DNA of 61,299 bases from Myxococcales bacterium (GTDB taxonomy: Bacteria; Myxococcota_A; UBA9042). Every line of letters starts with the position of its first letter. Within the stretch, counting starts at the first letter, position 1. The notes under the pieces are model-generated. The model ran no database searches, was not told the origin of the DNA, and was given only the letters and a program-made list of their open reading frames with translations. This document shows, in pieces, positions 28,660-42,036 of this stretch. A program made the translations under genes and the position numbers. The stretch lies in contig JBBISH010000024.1 of the NCBI GenBank assembly GCA_037441385.1, forward strand, positions 1 to 61,299. The letters run 5' to 3'.

Positions 28660-29439
28660 TCAGTCCTCATCGGCAGGCGCGGGCGGCCCGGCCTGGAGCG
28701 CCGCCCACTCGGCGTCGAGCCACTCCCGATCTTTCTTATCGATTGCCACGCCTTGCAGCAGCTCGGGCCGGCGCAGCTTGGTGCGCAACAGGCTCTGACG
28801 GCGGCGCCAGCGGTCGATCTCGGCGTGATTGCCGCTCAGCAGCACCTCGGGCACCGCCGCCCTCTCGAACTCGCGCGGCCGCGTGTAGTGCGGGTGCTCC
28901 AATAGGCCCGAACTGTGCGACTCTTCGGTCAAACTCGCCGCGTTGCCGATCACGCCGGGCAGCAGCCGCGCCACCGCCTCGATGATCGCCATCGCCGCCA
29001 CCTCGCCGCCGTTGAGCACGTAGTCACCGATCGACACCACCTGGTCCACGTGCTGCTCTACGCGCGCATCAAAGCCCTCGTAGCGGCCGCAAAGCAGAAT
29101 CAGCCCAGGGCCTTGCGCCCACTGCTCGGCCAGATCCTGCTTGAACAGCCGCCCGGCCGGCGACAGCAGCACCACCGGCGTCTGCGGATCGCGTTGGGGC
29201 CGCAACTCGCGCAGGCAAGCCACGATCGGGTCGGGCTTGAGCACCATGCCCGGCCCGCCGCCAAAGGGCAGATCATCCACCGTGTTGTGGCGATCGGTGG
29301 TCCACTGCCGCCAGTTGTGCGTGTGCAGGCCCAGCACGCCGCTTTGCAGGGCCTTGCCCAAAAGCGACTCGCTGCGCAGGCCGTCGAACAAGGCCGGAAA
29401 CAGCGTCAACAGGTCAAAGTTGTAAGGTGTTTCAGCCAT
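28660..29439 (-). CDS. trmD: tRNA (guanine-37-N1) methyltransferase
   Basis: LTLFP, GGGPGM, CGRYEG.D.R, SIGDYVLNGGE, SGNH. Confidence 0.97.
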   Translation of the reverse strand: MAETPYNFDLLTLFPALFDGLRSESLLGKALQSGVLGLHTHNWRQWTTDRHNTVDDLPFGGGPGMVLKPDPIVACLRELRPQRDPQTPVVLLSPAGRLFKQDLAEQWAQGPGLILLCGRYEGFDARVEQHVDQVVSIGDYVLNGGEVAAMAIIEAVARLLPGVIGNAASLTEESHSSGLLEHPHYTRPREFERAAVPEVLLSGNHAEIDRWRRRQSLLRTKLRRPELLQGVAIDKKDREWLDAEWAALQAGPPAPADED

Positions 29440-30009
29440 TTAGGTCGATCGCCAATCCTCGATGTGGGCGATGACCACCTTGCCGCGCTCGCGCCCCAGC
29501 GACACAACCGCATCGGCGCCCGCAGGCACCAGCGCGGTGCCGCCGGCCAGCAGGCGGATGTCGAGCAGGAGCTGGTTGGTCTCGATAAAACCAGAGACCG
29601 TCCCGACTTGCGCCCCCGTCTCGGCATCGTAGACCGCCGCGTCCAGCAGTTCGTGCAGGTAGATCTCGTCGTCGCCCGTGTCCGGCAGGTCCTGCTCGGC
29701 GACCTGCAGCAGGCAGTGCGTGAGCGGCTCGGCGGAGGTGCGATCGGCCAACCCTTCAAAAGTCGCCACGAAATCCGCGCCCGAAGGCCGCAAATCCAGC
29801 AAGCGCAGCGGTTGCGCCGGCGCCCCGGCCTTCCACGCCCGCACCACCAGCCCGGTTCGCCACAGCGGCGAGTCGGGGTTGTGCACCTGGATGTGCAACT
29901 GGCCTTTGATGCCATGGGGCCGGCCGATGCGGCCGATCTCTACCCACCGATCGGTGTCTGGCAAGGTGAGCGGACGGGCCCGCGAAGCGGCGCGCGAAAT
30001 GGGGGGCAT
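29440..30009 (-). CDS. rimM: 16S rRNA processing protein
   Basis: IGRIGRPHGIKG; immediately upstream of trmD. Confidence 0.9.
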   Translation of the reverse strand: MPPISRAASRARPLTLPDTDRWVEIGRIGRPHGIKGQLHIQVHNPDSPLWRTGLVVRAWKAGAPAQPLRLLDLRPSGADFVATFEGLADRTSAEPLTHCLLQVAEQDLPDTGDDEIYLHELLDAAVYDAETGAQVGTVSGFIETNQLLLDIRLLAGGTALVPAGADAVVSLGRERGKVVIAHIEDWRST

Positions 30010-30023
30010 TTTCTACCTATGAA

Positions 30024-31040
30024 TTACAGAACCAATTCGTCTTTGAGGGGCCGCGACATCAAGCTCTCGAGCGCGGCCCGTGGCGCCAACCCTTCGTGCA
30101 CGACCCGGTAGGCGTGGGCGATGATCGGCGCGTCGACGCCCAAGCTCTCGGCCAGACGGTGGGCGCTGCGGCTGGTCAGCACGCCCTCGGCGACGGCGCT
30201 CATCGAACCCAGGATCTGGTCGATCGTCTCGCCGCGGCCCAGGCGCAGGCCCACGGTGCGGTTACGCGACAGATCGCCGGTGCAGGTCAGGACCAAGTCG
30301 CCCATACCGGCAAGCCCCTGCAGAGTCAGCGGGTTGGCGCCCTTGCGCACCGCCAGGCGGGTGATTTCGGCCAGGCCGCGGGTGATGAGGCCAGCGCGGG
30401 CGTTGTGGCCAAACCCGAGCCCGTCGGCCGCACCCACGGCGATCGCCATCACGTTCTTGACCGCGCCGCCCATCTCCACGCCCACCACGTCCGTGGTCGC
30501 ATAGCAGCGGAAGTGCCCGGCCGACAGCTCATTTTGCAGGTAGCGGCCAAACTTGCGGTCCAACGCGCCGATGGTCACGGCCGTGGGACTGCCCACGGCC
30601 ACCTCCGCGGCAAACGACGGGCCCGACAGGTACGCCAAGTTCAAGTGCAGGCGCCGCGGCAGGACCCGCTCGAAGATCTCGTTGACCGTTTCGAGCGAGG
30701 TGTTGTCGATACCCTTGCTGCACGAGACGATGGCGTGATCGTCGGTCAAGAAAGGCAGCATTTGCGCCGAGATGCGTTCGACGTGCGGCGTCGGCACCAC
30801 CGTGAGCAGGATCCGCGAGCGGCGCACCGCCAGCTCCAAATCACTGGTGGCGCTCAGCCCAGCCGGCAGTCCGACTCCGGGCAAAAACGTCTTGTTTTCG
30901 CGCGATTCGTTGATGTCGCGCACCGTCTGCGGCTCGTACGCCCACAGCACGGTCTTCTTGCCGGCGCGCGCCGCGTGAATCGCCAGAGCTGTGCCCCAGG
31001 CGCCGGCACCAATAACAGCAATATCAAAGCCTTCGCTCAC
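30024..31040 (-). CDS. gpsA: NAD(P)H-dependent glycerol-3-phosphate dehydrogenase
   Basis: GAGAWGTALA, SKGI, SGPSFA, KNV.AI, GDLVLTC..SRN. Confidence 0.96.
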   Translation of the reverse strand: MSEGFDIAVIGAGAWGTALAIHAARAGKKTVLWAYEPQTVRDINESRENKTFLPGVGLPAGLSATSDLELAVRRSRILLTVVPTPHVERISAQMLPFLTDDHAIVSCSKGIDNTSLETVNEIFERVLPRRLHLNLAYLSGPSFAAEVAVGSPTAVTIGALDRKFGRYLQNELSAGHFRCYATTDVVGVEMGGAVKNVMAIAVGAADGLGFGHNARAGLITRGLAEITRLAVRKGANPLTLQGLAGMGDLVLTCTGDLSRNRTVGLRLGRGETIDQILGSMSAVAEGVLTSRSAHRLAESLGVDAPIIAHAYRVVHEGLAPRAALESLMSRPLKDELVL

Positions 31041-31052
31041 GTTACCTCCGCG

Positions 31053-32516
31053 CTACTTCGGCTCGGGCCGGGCCTGGCGCGCCGCCGCAAACAGCTCGTG
31101 CAGGCTGCGATCACGACTGGCACCGCGGCAATGACGTCGCGCCCAGCCGCGCAGCTCGCGCACTTGGGTGTCGTATGTTTCCACGAACGGTACGACTTTG
31201 GCCAGCACGGCGGCAAAATCCTCCGTCCGCGGCGGTCTTGCCTGCGAAAATGCCTGCTGCAGCCCTTCGTACACCGCCTGTTCCAACTCGGCGCCGGTCA
31301 GGCGATCGCTGGCTTTGGCCAGTTGCTCCAGGTCAAAGTCCGCCGGGTTGCGGCCGCTGTGGCGCAAGGCGACCGCCAGGACCTCGGCGCGGGCGGCAGC
31401 GTCGGGCACGTCGACAAAAAACGTTTCGTCAAACCGGCCTTTGCGCATCAGTTCGGCCGGTAGCTGCGCCAGTCGATTGGCCGTGGCCGCCACAAAGACG
31501 CCGCTGCGCTGCTCGCCAAGCCAGGTCAGCATGCTGCCGAACACCCGCGCACCGGCTTCGGAAGCACCGCTGGCTGCCCCGGCAAAAGCCTTGTCGATCT
31601 CGTCGATCCACAGCACCACGGGCGCCATCGCCTCGGCCACGGCCAGCGCGTGGCGCAAATTTTCGTCGGGGCCGTGGGCGCCGCCATGCAGACGCCCCAA
31701 GTCCAGGCGCAGCAGTGGCAAGCCCAGGATGGCGGCGGTTGCCTTGGCCGTCAGCGACTTGCCGCAGCCCTGCACACCCACCAGCAGCACCCCGCGGGGC
31801 AGCGGCAGACCGTAGCTGCGGGCGCTGGCCGACAGTGCCTGCCGTTGGCGCTCTAGCCAACCCTTGAGTTCGTCCAGACCGCCAATGGAGGCCGCCGCGG
31901 GCACCGGGTGCACGACTTCGACCACGCCGCTGGCCGCCAGCAAACTCCGCTTTTCCGCGAGCAATTCACCAAGACCTTGGGGCAGCGGCCGCCAGCGCAC
32001 CCGCCGCAGGGCCCGCCGCGCCTGCGCCAAGGTCAGGCCCTGCAGCGCCCGCACCGCCTCGTCGACTTGCCCGTCGTTCGCCGCCTCTAGGGCCGCCCGC
32101 ACCAGCGGTTCCAGGACCGTGCGGTCCGGCAACGGCACCGTGATGCGCACCAGATCGCGCGCCAATTCAGGAACTTCGGGCAAGCTCGCCCCCACCAGCA
32201 CCACGCATTGGCCGTTGCGTTCCAGCTCTTCTAGATGCTCACTCAAATACCGCACCACCCGCGCATCGCCCAGGAGCGTCCGCGCCGCCGGCAGCACCAG
32301 GCAGCTGGCCGTGTGCCCCAAGCGCTGCAGCGCGGCCAGGGTCCGCTCGGCGGGGTCGTCGATGCCGTAGTGGCAGATTTCGCAAGGAATTCTTGCTTCG
32401 ACCGCCGCCCGCGCCGCAAACGCCGCCCCTTCGCGCTCGTCGGGACCCAGCAGCCCCAAAAGCGGATAGCGGGCCTGCAGGCGCTCGGCCAGCGCACTCA
32501 AGGTGGGCGCGGTCAT
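31053..32516 (-). CDS. AAA ATPase, Ycf46-like (degenerate N-terminal and intact C-terminal AAA domain)
   Basis: IGGLDELK.WL, GVQGCGKS, WIDEIDK, ATAN, RKGRFDETFFVD. Confidence 0.85.
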   Translation of the reverse strand: MTAPTLSALAERLQARYPLLGLLGPDEREGAAFAARAAVEARIPCEICHYGIDDPAERTLAALQRLGHTASCLVLPAARTLLGDARVVRYLSEHLEELERNGQCVVLVGASLPEVPELARDLVRITVPLPDRTVLEPLVRAALEAANDGQVDEAVRALQGLTLAQARRALRRVRWRPLPQGLGELLAEKRSLLAASGVVEVVHPVPAAASIGGLDELKGWLERQRQALSASARSYGLPLPRGVLLVGVQGCGKSLTAKATAAILGLPLLRLDLGRLHGGAHGPDENLRHALAVAEAMAPVVLWIDEIDKAFAGAASGASEAGARVFGSMLTWLGEQRSGVFVAATANRLAQLPAELMRKGRFDETFFVDVPDAAARAEVLAVALRHSGRNPADFDLEQLAKASDRLTGAELEQAVYEGLQQAFSQARPPRTEDFAAVLAKVVPFVETYDTQVRELRGWARRHCRGASRDRSLHELFAAARQARPEPK

Positions 32517-33532
32517 GGGGTCTCCAGTCGCGGCGGGCGGCCAGCCTGAGGTGCGGCGGCAATCCCGTACTGCTTGATTTTGTAATGCAAATTGCGCGTC
32601 GAGATGTCGAGCAGCGCCGCAGCGCGGGTACGGTTGCCGGCGGTGCGCTGCAGTGCTTCGGCGATGAGCGACCGCTCGGCAGCCTCGACTGCCAAAGGAA
32701 TCGAAAGGTTACCTACGATCGGCGCCACCATCGGCAAGCCACTATCCGGCTCGGCCGCGATCCACTCGCCCCCGATCCACGGGCCATCAGCCAAGACGCA
32801 GGCTTGCTCAATGACATTCTTCAGTTCGCGCACGTTGCCCGGCCAGCGCCGGGTGCGCAGCTTGCCCCAGGCCGCAGTGGTCAAGCCGGCAATGGCGGTG
32901 CCCAAACGCCGATTCGCGCCCTGGATCAGGTGGTCCACCAACAGCTCGAGATCGCCCTGGCGGTCGCGCACCGCCGGCACCCGCAACTCGATGACGCCCA
33001 AGCGATAAAACAGGTCCTCGCGAAACAGGCCCTCGCGCACCCGCTGTCGCGCCGACGCTGCGCTCGCGGCCACCACGCGCACGTCCACCGCCACTGCCTT
33101 GTTGCTGCCAAGCCGCCGCACTTCTCCGCCTTGCAGCACGCGCAGCAGCTTGACCTGCAACGGCAAGGGCAGGTCGGTGACCTCGTCCAGAAGCAGCGTC
33201 CCGCGGTCGGCCGCCTCGAAAAGCCCGGCGCGATCGCTGCTGGCGTCGGTGAAGGCGCCGCGCACGTGGCCAAAAAGCTCACTATCCAACAGAGGTTCGG
33301 GGATGGCGCCGCAGTTGATCGCCACAAAGGGCGCCGCCGACCGCGGACTGGCTTGATGCAGGGCGCGCGCTACCAACTCTTTGCCGGTGCCCGACTCGCC
33401 CTGAATCAGCACGGTGGTGGGGAACCGCGCGACCCGCTCCACCTGGCGGAACAACTGCAGCATCGGCTCGCAAGCGCCGACCATGCCGAAGAACTGCCGC
33501 GGCTCCGGGCTTGTGCGGGGGCGCACCGCCAT
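32513..33532 (-). CDS. Sigma-54-dependent activator without an N-terminal sensor domain
   Basis: GESGTGKE, SELFGH..GAFTDA, LLDEV, FREDLFYRL, WPGNVREL, Fis-type HTH. Confidence 0.92.
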   Translation of the reverse strand: MAVRPRTSPEPRQFFGMVGACEPMLQLFRQVERVARFPTTVLIQGESGTGKELVARALHQASPRSAAPFVAINCGAIPEPLLDSELFGHVRGAFTDASSDRAGLFEAADRGTLLLDEVTDLPLPLQVKLLRVLQGGEVRRLGSNKAVAVDVRVVAASAASARQRVREGLFREDLFYRLGVIELRVPAVRDRQGDLELLVDHLIQGANRRLGTAIAGLTTAAWGKLRTRRWPGNVRELKNVIEQACVLADGPWIGGEWIAAEPDSGLPMVAPIVGNLSIPLAVEAAERSLIAEALQRTAGNRTRAAALLDISTRNLHYKIKQYGIAAAPQAGRPPRLETP

Positions 33533-33542
33533 GGCGTCGGAC

Positions 33543-33902
33543 TCACGCAACGTGCTTCTGCGCTTCTTGAATCCAAGCGAGGCGCAGGTCATGAAGCACG
33601 CGCTCGAGCAGGTCGGCTTCGGGCGGGGTCAGGTTGCCCGCCGTCTTGATGCGCAGCATGGTCAGGATGTCGATGGTCTGACGCGCCATGCCCAGGTCGA
33701 TCTCGGCGTGCTCGCCAGTGGGGTCTGGAACCCGCCCCAGGTGCACCATCGCCGAGCCCGTGAGCGACAGGACGAACGTCGAAAAGTCGATGCGGGGCAG
33801 CTCGCTTGCGCCAGCCCGGTCGGGCGGCGAGGCCTCGCGGTGGCCTTCATGCGGCTTGCCGTGATCCACAGGGTTGTGGCCGTGGTTGTGCTTGTCGCCC
33901 AT
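33543..33902 (-). CDS. DUF1844 family protein
   Basis: IDFSTFVLSL..AMVHLG, ARQTIDIL.ML..KT.GNL. Confidence 0.85.
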   Translation of the reverse strand: MGDKHNHGHNPVDHGKPHEGHREASPPDRAGASELPRIDFSTFVLSLTGSAMVHLGRVPDPTGEHAEIDLGMARQTIDILTMLRIKTAGNLTPPEADLLERVLHDLRLAWIQEAQKHVA

Positions 33903-33939
33903 TTGCTGCGTCCCATTTGCCGGCCATCGGTGGCTGCAG

Positions 33940-33969
33940 CGGGAATGTCGCGGCCGGCGACCGGGTTGT
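33940..33969 (+). promoter_or_regulatory. Candidate ECF (SigR/SigH-type) promoter upstream of the RpoH-like sigma gene
   Basis: CGGGAATG-N17-GTTGT, the same boxes and spacing as 42451-42480. Overlaps a possible minus-strand TTGACA-N17-GACATT promoter. Confidence 0.5.
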
Positions 33970-34168
33970 CAAGCAGGCGTAGTCGCCGTTGCCGACGGGC
34001 GCCTCGACGCTGGCCACGAGCAACGGTAAAATGCCGCCAAACCTGGGCGGCCGTGCGTCGCATCCAACTCACGTGGCCCCCTGTGCACGGACCGCGTGCC
34101 GCCCCACTTGCCACACTGGGTACCAAGCGCAAGAATTCGCGACCCTTTTGGCCGCAGCGAGAATCCCC

Positions 34169-35179
34169 ATGGCGTACCGCGAACCGATCCTCAAGGACAC
34201 CCTGGAGCAGTACCTGGCCGAGGTCAACCGCTACCCCCTGTTGTCGCGCGATCAAGAGTACGCGCTGGCCAAGCGCTATCAGGACACCGGCGATGCCCAA
34301 GCGGCACAGGCGCTGGTCACGGCCAACCTGCGCTTTGTGGTCAAAATTGCCTACCAGTTCGCGCACTACGACATCAAGCTCACGGATCTGGTGCAAGAAG
34401 GCAACATCGGCCTGATGAAGGCCGTCGCCAAGTTCAAGCCGGACCGCGGCTACCGGCTGATCTCGTATGCGGTGTGGTGGATCAAGGCGTACATCCAGAA
34501 CTACATCATTAACTCGTGGTCGCTGGTCAAGGTGGGACCGGTGTCGCAGCAGCGGCGCGTCCTGTTTGGCAAGCGCGGCGTCCCCGACCCGGAAACCCTG
34601 GACGCGGAGCTCGCCGGCGGCAACAAACCCAAGCTGATGGCGGGCGCCGTCGACGTCGACGGCGTGACACTGGATGCCGAAGTCGAGGTGGTGGTCGAAG
34701 ACGGCGCGGAAGACGACGAGACGTTCTTGGTGGCCGCCGAGGCGCTGCGCGAAGGTCGCCCCGGTCGCGCCCCGCCCAAGGCCCCGACCGAGAGCGAAGT
34801 CGAGCAATGGCGCCGCGCCGCCCACGCCGCTCGCCACGACCTGAATCTGGACGCCTCGATCAGCGACGACGGTCGCATGACCCTGGGCGAGACCATGGCC
34901 TCGGGCGGGCCGTCGCTGGAAGACCAATACGCCACGGCCGAGATTTCCACCCTGGTCGCCGACCGCCTGGAAGGCCTGCGCCACCAGCTCAACGACAAGG
35001 AGCTGGCGATCCTGCACAAGCGCCTGCTCGCCGACCACGAAGTCACACTGCAAGACATCGGCGACGAATTCGGCATCTCGCGCGAGCGCGTGCGCCAGAT
35101 CGAGACCAACCTGAAGAAGAAGATCGCCAAAGCACTGGCGGGGCTGGCGCCAGCTGGCTACCTGCCCAGTCCGGATTAG
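34169..35179 (+). CDS. Sigma-32/RpoH-family sigma factor
   Basis: YPLLS..QE..LA, NLRFVVKIA, DLVQEGNIGLMKAV, SYAVWWIKAYI.NYI..WSLVK, region 4 TLQDIG..FGISRERVRQIE. Confidence 0.92.
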   Translation: MAYREPILKDTLEQYLAEVNRYPLLSRDQEYALAKRYQDTGDAQAAQALVTANLRFVVKIAYQFAHYDIKLTDLVQEGNIGLMKAVAKFKPDRGYRLISYAVWWIKAYIQNYIINSWSLVKVGPVSQQRRVLFGKRGVPDPETLDAELAGGNKPKLMAGAVDVDGVTLDAEVEVVVEDGAEDDETFLVAAEALREGRPGRAPPKAPTESEVEQWRRAAHAARHDLNLDASISDDGRMTLGETMASGGPSLEDQYATAEISTLVADRLEGLRHQLNDKELAILHKRLLADHEVTLQDIGDEFGISRERVRQIETNLKKKIAKALAGLAPAGYLPSPD

Positions 35180-35218
35180 GCAGCCGGCTCGGGCCCGGGA
35201 TCAGGCTCCGGCGCCGGT

Positions 35219-35304
35219 TCAGGATCAGGATCAGGATCAGGATCAGGATCAGGATCAGGATCAGGATCAGGATCAGGATCAGGATCAGGATCAGGTCAAA
35301 AGTC
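35219..35304 (+). repeat. (TCAGGA)x12 microsatellite followed by TCAGGTCAAAAGTC
   Basis: Twelve perfect units at 35219-35290, with degenerate units from about 35183; between convergent sigma and lon genes. Confidence 0.97.
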
Positions 35305-35325
35305 AGCCTAATTTCAATATTTTGT

Positions 35326-37734
<2,409 letters not shown>

Positions 37735-37867
37735 GCGAATTACCCAGAGCGCTGCGCATAAGCGTATGCGTTCGTTGAACTAGTTGGGGATGCAGGCAGC
37801 GCGGGTGTGCGCAACGCGCTTGTACAGGTAAGGAGGCTGGCCGCAGGGCGTCAAGCGGCCCAGGCCC

Positions 37868-39112
<1,245 letters not shown>

Positions 39113-39235
39113 TCCATTTCTCCAAACAATCGGCCAGCGTGCAGCACACGGTTCCGGCGCCGGACCGATCGGAGCCCAGCATACCTGTCGCCGTCGCAGC
39201 CCGTCAAAAATCGGCGGGCCAGGCGGCAGATTGAC

Positions 39236-39856
39236 CTAGTTTTTCGGTTTACGAATCAGCACTTGGTCCACGATGCCGTAGTCTTTGGCATCCTCGGCGC
39301 CCAAGTAGAAGTCGCGGTCGGTATCGCGGGCGATCTTCTCCAGCGGCTGGCCGGTGTGGTGGGCGACGATGTTGTTCAGCGTCTTCTTGGTCAGCAGCAT
39401 CTCTTTGGCCGCGATGTCGATGTCCGACGCCTGGCCCGAGAACCCACCCAGCGGCTGGTGCAGCATGACCCGCGCGTGCGGCAGGATCACCCGCCGCCCC
39501 TTGGTCCCCGCGGCCAGCAGCACCGCCGCCATCGACGCCGCCTGACCCAGGCAGATCGTCGAGATCGGGCACTGCAGGTACTGCATGGTGTCGTAGATCG
39601 CCATGCCGGCGCCCACATAGCCGCCCGGACTGTTGATGTAGAGCGAGACTTCCTTTTGCGGATCCTCGCTGTCCAAGAACAGCAGCTGCGCGATGATCAG
39701 GTTGGCCACCGCGTCGTTGATCGGCGTGCCCAGGAACACGATGCGATCCATCAGCAGGCGCGAGTAGATGTCCGAGTGGCGTTCGCCGCGCGGGGTCATC
39801 TCGGTGACGATGATGTTGTTCAGCGCGCGCACAGGATCCGAGTCAAAAGCGGGCAT
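39236..39856 (-). CDS. clpP: Clp protease proteolytic subunit
   Basis: DIYSRLL.DR, INSPGG, AASMA, HQP, DRD. Confidence 0.97.
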   Translation of the reverse strand: MPAFDSDPVRALNNIIVTEMTPRGERHSDIYSRLLMDRIVFLGTPINDAVANLIIAQLLFLDSEDPQKEVSLYINSPGGYVGAGMAIYDTMQYLQCPISTICLGQAASMAAVLLAAGTKGRRVILPHARVMLHQPLGGFSGQASDIDIAAKEMLLTKKTLNNIVAHHTGQPLEKIARDTDRDFYLGAEDAKDYGIVDQVLIRKPKN

Positions 39857-39951
39857 ACGGCCTCCCAGCCGGGTAACGGTCGGCGCGGCATCGGCGCCGG
39901 GCTCGAGATCAGGTCGCCAGCGCGCAAAAACTTCCGCTCGACGGCGAATCG

Positions 39952-41379
39952 CTAGCCGTGGTCGTGATCATGATCATGATCGTGGTCATGCTCGTGATCG
40001 TGATCATGGTCGTGATCGTGGTCATCGTGCTCGTCGCTCTGGGCGCGGGCCTGCTTGGCAGCGTCGTCGGCGCGGGCCGCGCGCAGCGTCTTGGGCGCCG
40101 CAATGGTCCAGGTCGCTTGGGCCACCAGGTAGTCCATGGCCTGATCGTGCTGCAACCGCACCTTCAGGCTGCCCTTTTCCTCTTCGGCGGTGTACTGGCG
40201 GGCGATCGCTTCGGCGCGATCGGGGCTCTGGGCCTTCAGGCGCTCGATCTCGGCGTCGGCCGCGGCATCGTCGACCTCGATGCTCTGGGCCTTGGCGATC
40301 GCTTCCACGGCCAGGCTGCGGCGCAGCGCCGTCTCCGCGTCCTTGGCCAGCTTGCCGCGCAGGCTCTGCAGATAGCTGCCCAGCATGCGGCGAGTCTCTT
40401 CGGGCAAGTTGCCAAAGGCCGAGTAGATCTGGTTGTCGACGTAGCGCTCGACCACGGCGCGCGGCACCTCGATCGTGTTGACGCTGAGCAGGTGCTCCAC
40501 GGCGGCGCGGCGCTGCAGGTCTTGGCTGCGCTCGCTGGCCTCGGCCTGCAACTGCTTGGTGACGCTGGTCTTCCACGCATCCAGGCTGTCAAAGCCCAGG
40601 TCCTTGGCCAGTTCGTCGTCCAGCGTCGGCGTCACGCTGTGCTTGATGTCATGCACCGTGATCGTCAGCTGAACTTCGCTGCCGGGGGTGAAGTGACGGC
40701 TGGTCTCGCCCGCAGTCACGTTCTTCTCGAGGTGATCGCCCGCCTTGGCGCCGACGATCGCCGCTTCGATCTCTTCGGGCAGGTGGCCGGAGCCCAGCGC
40801 CACCACACGCTTCTTGCCCGCCATCGGCGCGTCGTCGCTGCCCACCTGCTGGGCCTGGAAGTCGATCTCGACCTCGTGACCGGTCTCGGCCGGGCCGTCG
40901 ATCGAGACCATCTCCGCGCGTTCCTTGGCCTTTTCAGCCATGGCCTCGGCCACGTCGTCGTCGTCCATCTGCACGCTGTCGGCGTTCAGGGCCACGCCCT
41001 GGTAGCCGGTGAGCTCCAGCTCGGGCATGACCTCGATCTGCACGGTGACCTGCAAGTCGGCGTCGCGCTTCAGCTCGGACAACTCTTCCACCTCGGGGCT
41101 GCTCACGGCCCGCACCGCGGCCTGCTCCAACGCCTTGAAGACCGTGTCCTTCAAGACCTTGTCCAGCACCTGGCGGCGGATGTCGCTGCCGTACATGCGC
41201 TCGATCATCGCCGCCGGGGCCTTGCCGGGGCGGAAGCCGGGCAGGCGGGTCTTGGCGTTGATGCGGGTGATCACCGCGCCAAAGGCGGCCCCGACGTGCG
41301 CGGCCGGCACGGCGTAGCGCAGCCGACGGCGGATCTGACCCAAGGTCTCGACTTCAACGGAACCAGTCAAATACTCCAT
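39952..41379 (-). CDS. tig: Trigger factor with a C-terminal His/Asp-rich tail
   Basis: Ribosome-binding motif PGFRPGKAP; position between tRNA-Leu and clpP; last 25 aa contain 12 His. Confidence 0.95.
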   Translation of the reverse strand: MEYLTGSVEVETLGQIRRRLRYAVPAAHVGAAFGAVITRINAKTRLPGFRPGKAPAAMIERMYGSDIRRQVLDKVLKDTVFKALEQAAVRAVSSPEVEELSELKRDADLQVTVQIEVMPELELTGYQGVALNADSVQMDDDDVAEAMAEKAKERAEMVSIDGPAETGHEVEIDFQAQQVGSDDAPMAGKKRVVALGSGHLPEEIEAAIVGAKAGDHLEKNVTAGETSRHFTPGSEVQLTITVHDIKHSVTPTLDDELAKDLGFDSLDAWKTSVTKQLQAEASERSQDLQRRAAVEHLLSVNTIEVPRAVVERYVDNQIYSAFGNLPEETRRMLGSYLQSLRGKLAKDAETALRRSLAVEAIAKAQSIEVDDAAADAEIERLKAQSPDRAEAIARQYTAEEEKGSLKVRLQHDQAMDYLVAQATWTIAAPKTLRAARADDAAKQARAQSDEHDDHDHDHDHDHEHDHDHDHDHDHG

Positions 41380-41440
41380 GATATCCTCGTTTTTGATGAT
41401 GTGGGCGCCGGCAGAGAACTCGGCAGCGCCGCCGTACCAA

Positions 41441-41500
41441 ACTGGCCCCTGGCAAACTGGCCTGGCCCCGAACAACCTGGTCTGGCCCCTAACAACGTGG
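41441..41500. repeat. Imperfect 20-bp tandem repeat x3
   Basis: actggcccctggcaaactgg / cctggccccgaacaacctgg / tctggcccctaacaacgtgg. Confidence 0.8.
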
Positions 41501-41550
41501 TACTGCAGCGACCTGGGCGCGTGGGCCGCTCAACTGGGCCCGGCCCTTGG

Positions 41551-41634
41551 TGGTGCGAGAGGGGGGACTCGAACCCCCACGCCAGTGGCGCCAGAACCTA
41601 AATCTGGTGCGTCTACCAATTCCGCCACTCTCGC
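41551..41634 (-). tRNA. tRNA-Leu(TAG)
   Basis: GCGAGAGTGGCGGAATTGGTAGACGC; anticodon arm CCAGA-TTTAGGT-TCTGG; long variable arm; GTTCGA; encoded CCA. Confidence 0.97.
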
Positions 41635-41841
41635 GATGAACTCACAGGACGTACAGCTTGATGGGCTGGAGCTCCCTTGGCTGGACGTGCGACACCGCGG
41701 CACGACCACCGAAAGGCCACACGGAAAGCCACGACTGCGCGTCGTGGCCAAAAATGCCGCGCGCCGGGGTTTCGGCTGCCGCGATCGGCGCCGCGAAGTG
41801 CGGAGCGATCGGTGCAGAACGAAACGGCCCGGCGCGGTGGG

Positions 41842-41914
41842 TGCCCCCTGAGTGATTCGAACACTCGACCTACGGATTAAGAGTCCGCTGCTCTACCGAC
41901 TGAGCTAAAGGGGC
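41842..41914 (-). tRNA. tRNA-Lys(CTT)
   Basis: GCCCCTTTAGCTCAGTCGGTAGAGC; anticodon loop CTCTTAA; GTTCGAAT; no encoded CCA. Confidence 0.95.
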
Positions 41915-41963
41915 GACGGTCGCTGCAGCCCAAGGTTTTGGCCGTGGAGACTGCTGGCGACGC

Positions 41964-41992
41964 AGTGTAAACGGGACACGCGGTCCTGTCTA
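41964..41992 (-). promoter_or_regulatory. Sigma70-like promoter TAGACA-N17-TACACT for tRNA-Lys
   Basis: Read directly on the minus strand, 50 bp upstream of the tRNA. Confidence 0.55.
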
Positions 41993-42036
41993 GCAGCTGC
42001 GGTCGTACTGGGTAATGCGGCGCCAGGCCTACTGGG

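Noticed and set aside
2867..35304. Hexamer arrays as CRISPR repeats
   Set aside because: Period is 6 bp with no unique spacers, and there are no cas genes in the window.
37755..37770. Palindrome CGCATA-N4-TATGCG upstream of lon
   Set aside because: Does not match CIRCE or HAIR operators, and no second occurrence was noticed.
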